A stretch of DNA of 63,601 bases, the filler included, from Octopus bimaculoides (taxonomy: Eukaryota): the NCBI RefSeq assembly GCF_001194135.2. It is 3 parts of 3 records of this genome, joined end to end, with 100 filler letters (N's around TTAATTAATTAA, not from the genome) between each part and the next. Parts side by side here need not be neighbours in the genome. Positions count along the whole stretch, not along the records: positions 46,369 to 63,601 come from NC_068983.1; 2 more parts are not named here. The stretch is one strand, 5' to 3'. Of this stretch, positions 63,178 through 63,601 are shown one piece after another. Position numbers and translations under genes: made by a program. The notes under the pieces are model-generated. The model was not told the DNA's origin, ran no database searches, and saw only the letters and a program-made list of their open reading frames with translations. Position 1 is the stretch's first letter. Each line of letters begins with the position of its first letter.

Positions 63178-63601
63178 GGAGGCACCGCGGTGCTTCTTTG
63201 GAAGAGTTTGGACCTCAAAGTAAAAGCAATTTTCCTAGACCCAGAGGGTAGGCTGGTCGTCTTGGATGTCGACGGTAGCAATGAGTGTGCTTTTCGACTG
63301 ATAGCAGTTTATGCACCGTTTTTAACAGGCCGGCCAGATTTCTATCGACGTCTAGAGGTTTTCTTGGGAACGTCTCGACCTTTACTTCTAGTGGGGGATT
63401 GGAACGCTACCCTGGACACGCATCTAGATTACGCAGGCAGCGATAGCAATAGAAAGGGATGCAAAAGCCTCAAAGACCTGCTCAGACGTTTCCAACTGTC
63501 TGACAGGTACCGACTGGACCACCCGAATGTACAAATGTGGACATGGAGTAACCACATCGGGTCGTCCAGATCGTACTTAGATAGGGTATTCTGTAGGACA
63601 G
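63178..63601 (+). mobile_element. L1/Tx1-clade LINE AP-endonuclease, open to the window end
   Basis: GGTAVLL..DPEGRLVVLD..FRLIAVYAP..LLVGDWNATLD..LSDRYRLDHP..WTW..SYLDRVF; 141 codons without a stop; starts right after (TATC)n. Confidence 0.93.

Overview
Eukaryotic, AT-rich, microsatellite- and SINE-dense window with many N gaps. The repeat families look like those of Octopus (inferred from pattern recognition only). No rRNA, true tRNA or CRISPR was seen. Real coding content consists of short spliced exons on the minus strand, which the ORF track mostly misses or gives in the wrong frame. (1) Seven consecutive exons (20991 down to 8419) of an LBP/BPI-family lipid-binding immune protein, with exon sizes 64/92/177/78/168/68/39-or-46. 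(2) Two exons (35153-35296, 30697-30782) of a TTLL6/TTLL13-type tubulin polyglutamylase. They sit in a CpG-poor block bounded by two TTAATTAATTAA-linker gaps. (3) A phase-compatible chain of orphan exon candidates at 46.4-58.4 kb. All three are on the same strand and none is complete in the window, so either the genes are nested or the scaffold is chimeric. Mobile DNA includes Penelope-like elements (one reconstructable RT+GIY-YIG element, one inverted/tandem GIY-YIG insertion, a minimal hammerhead motif), RTE, CR1-like, RLE-type and L1/Tx1 LINE fragments, mariner and DD37D transposons, a TTAA MITE, several fold-back hairpins around a TTLL exon, and many tRNA-derived SINEs.
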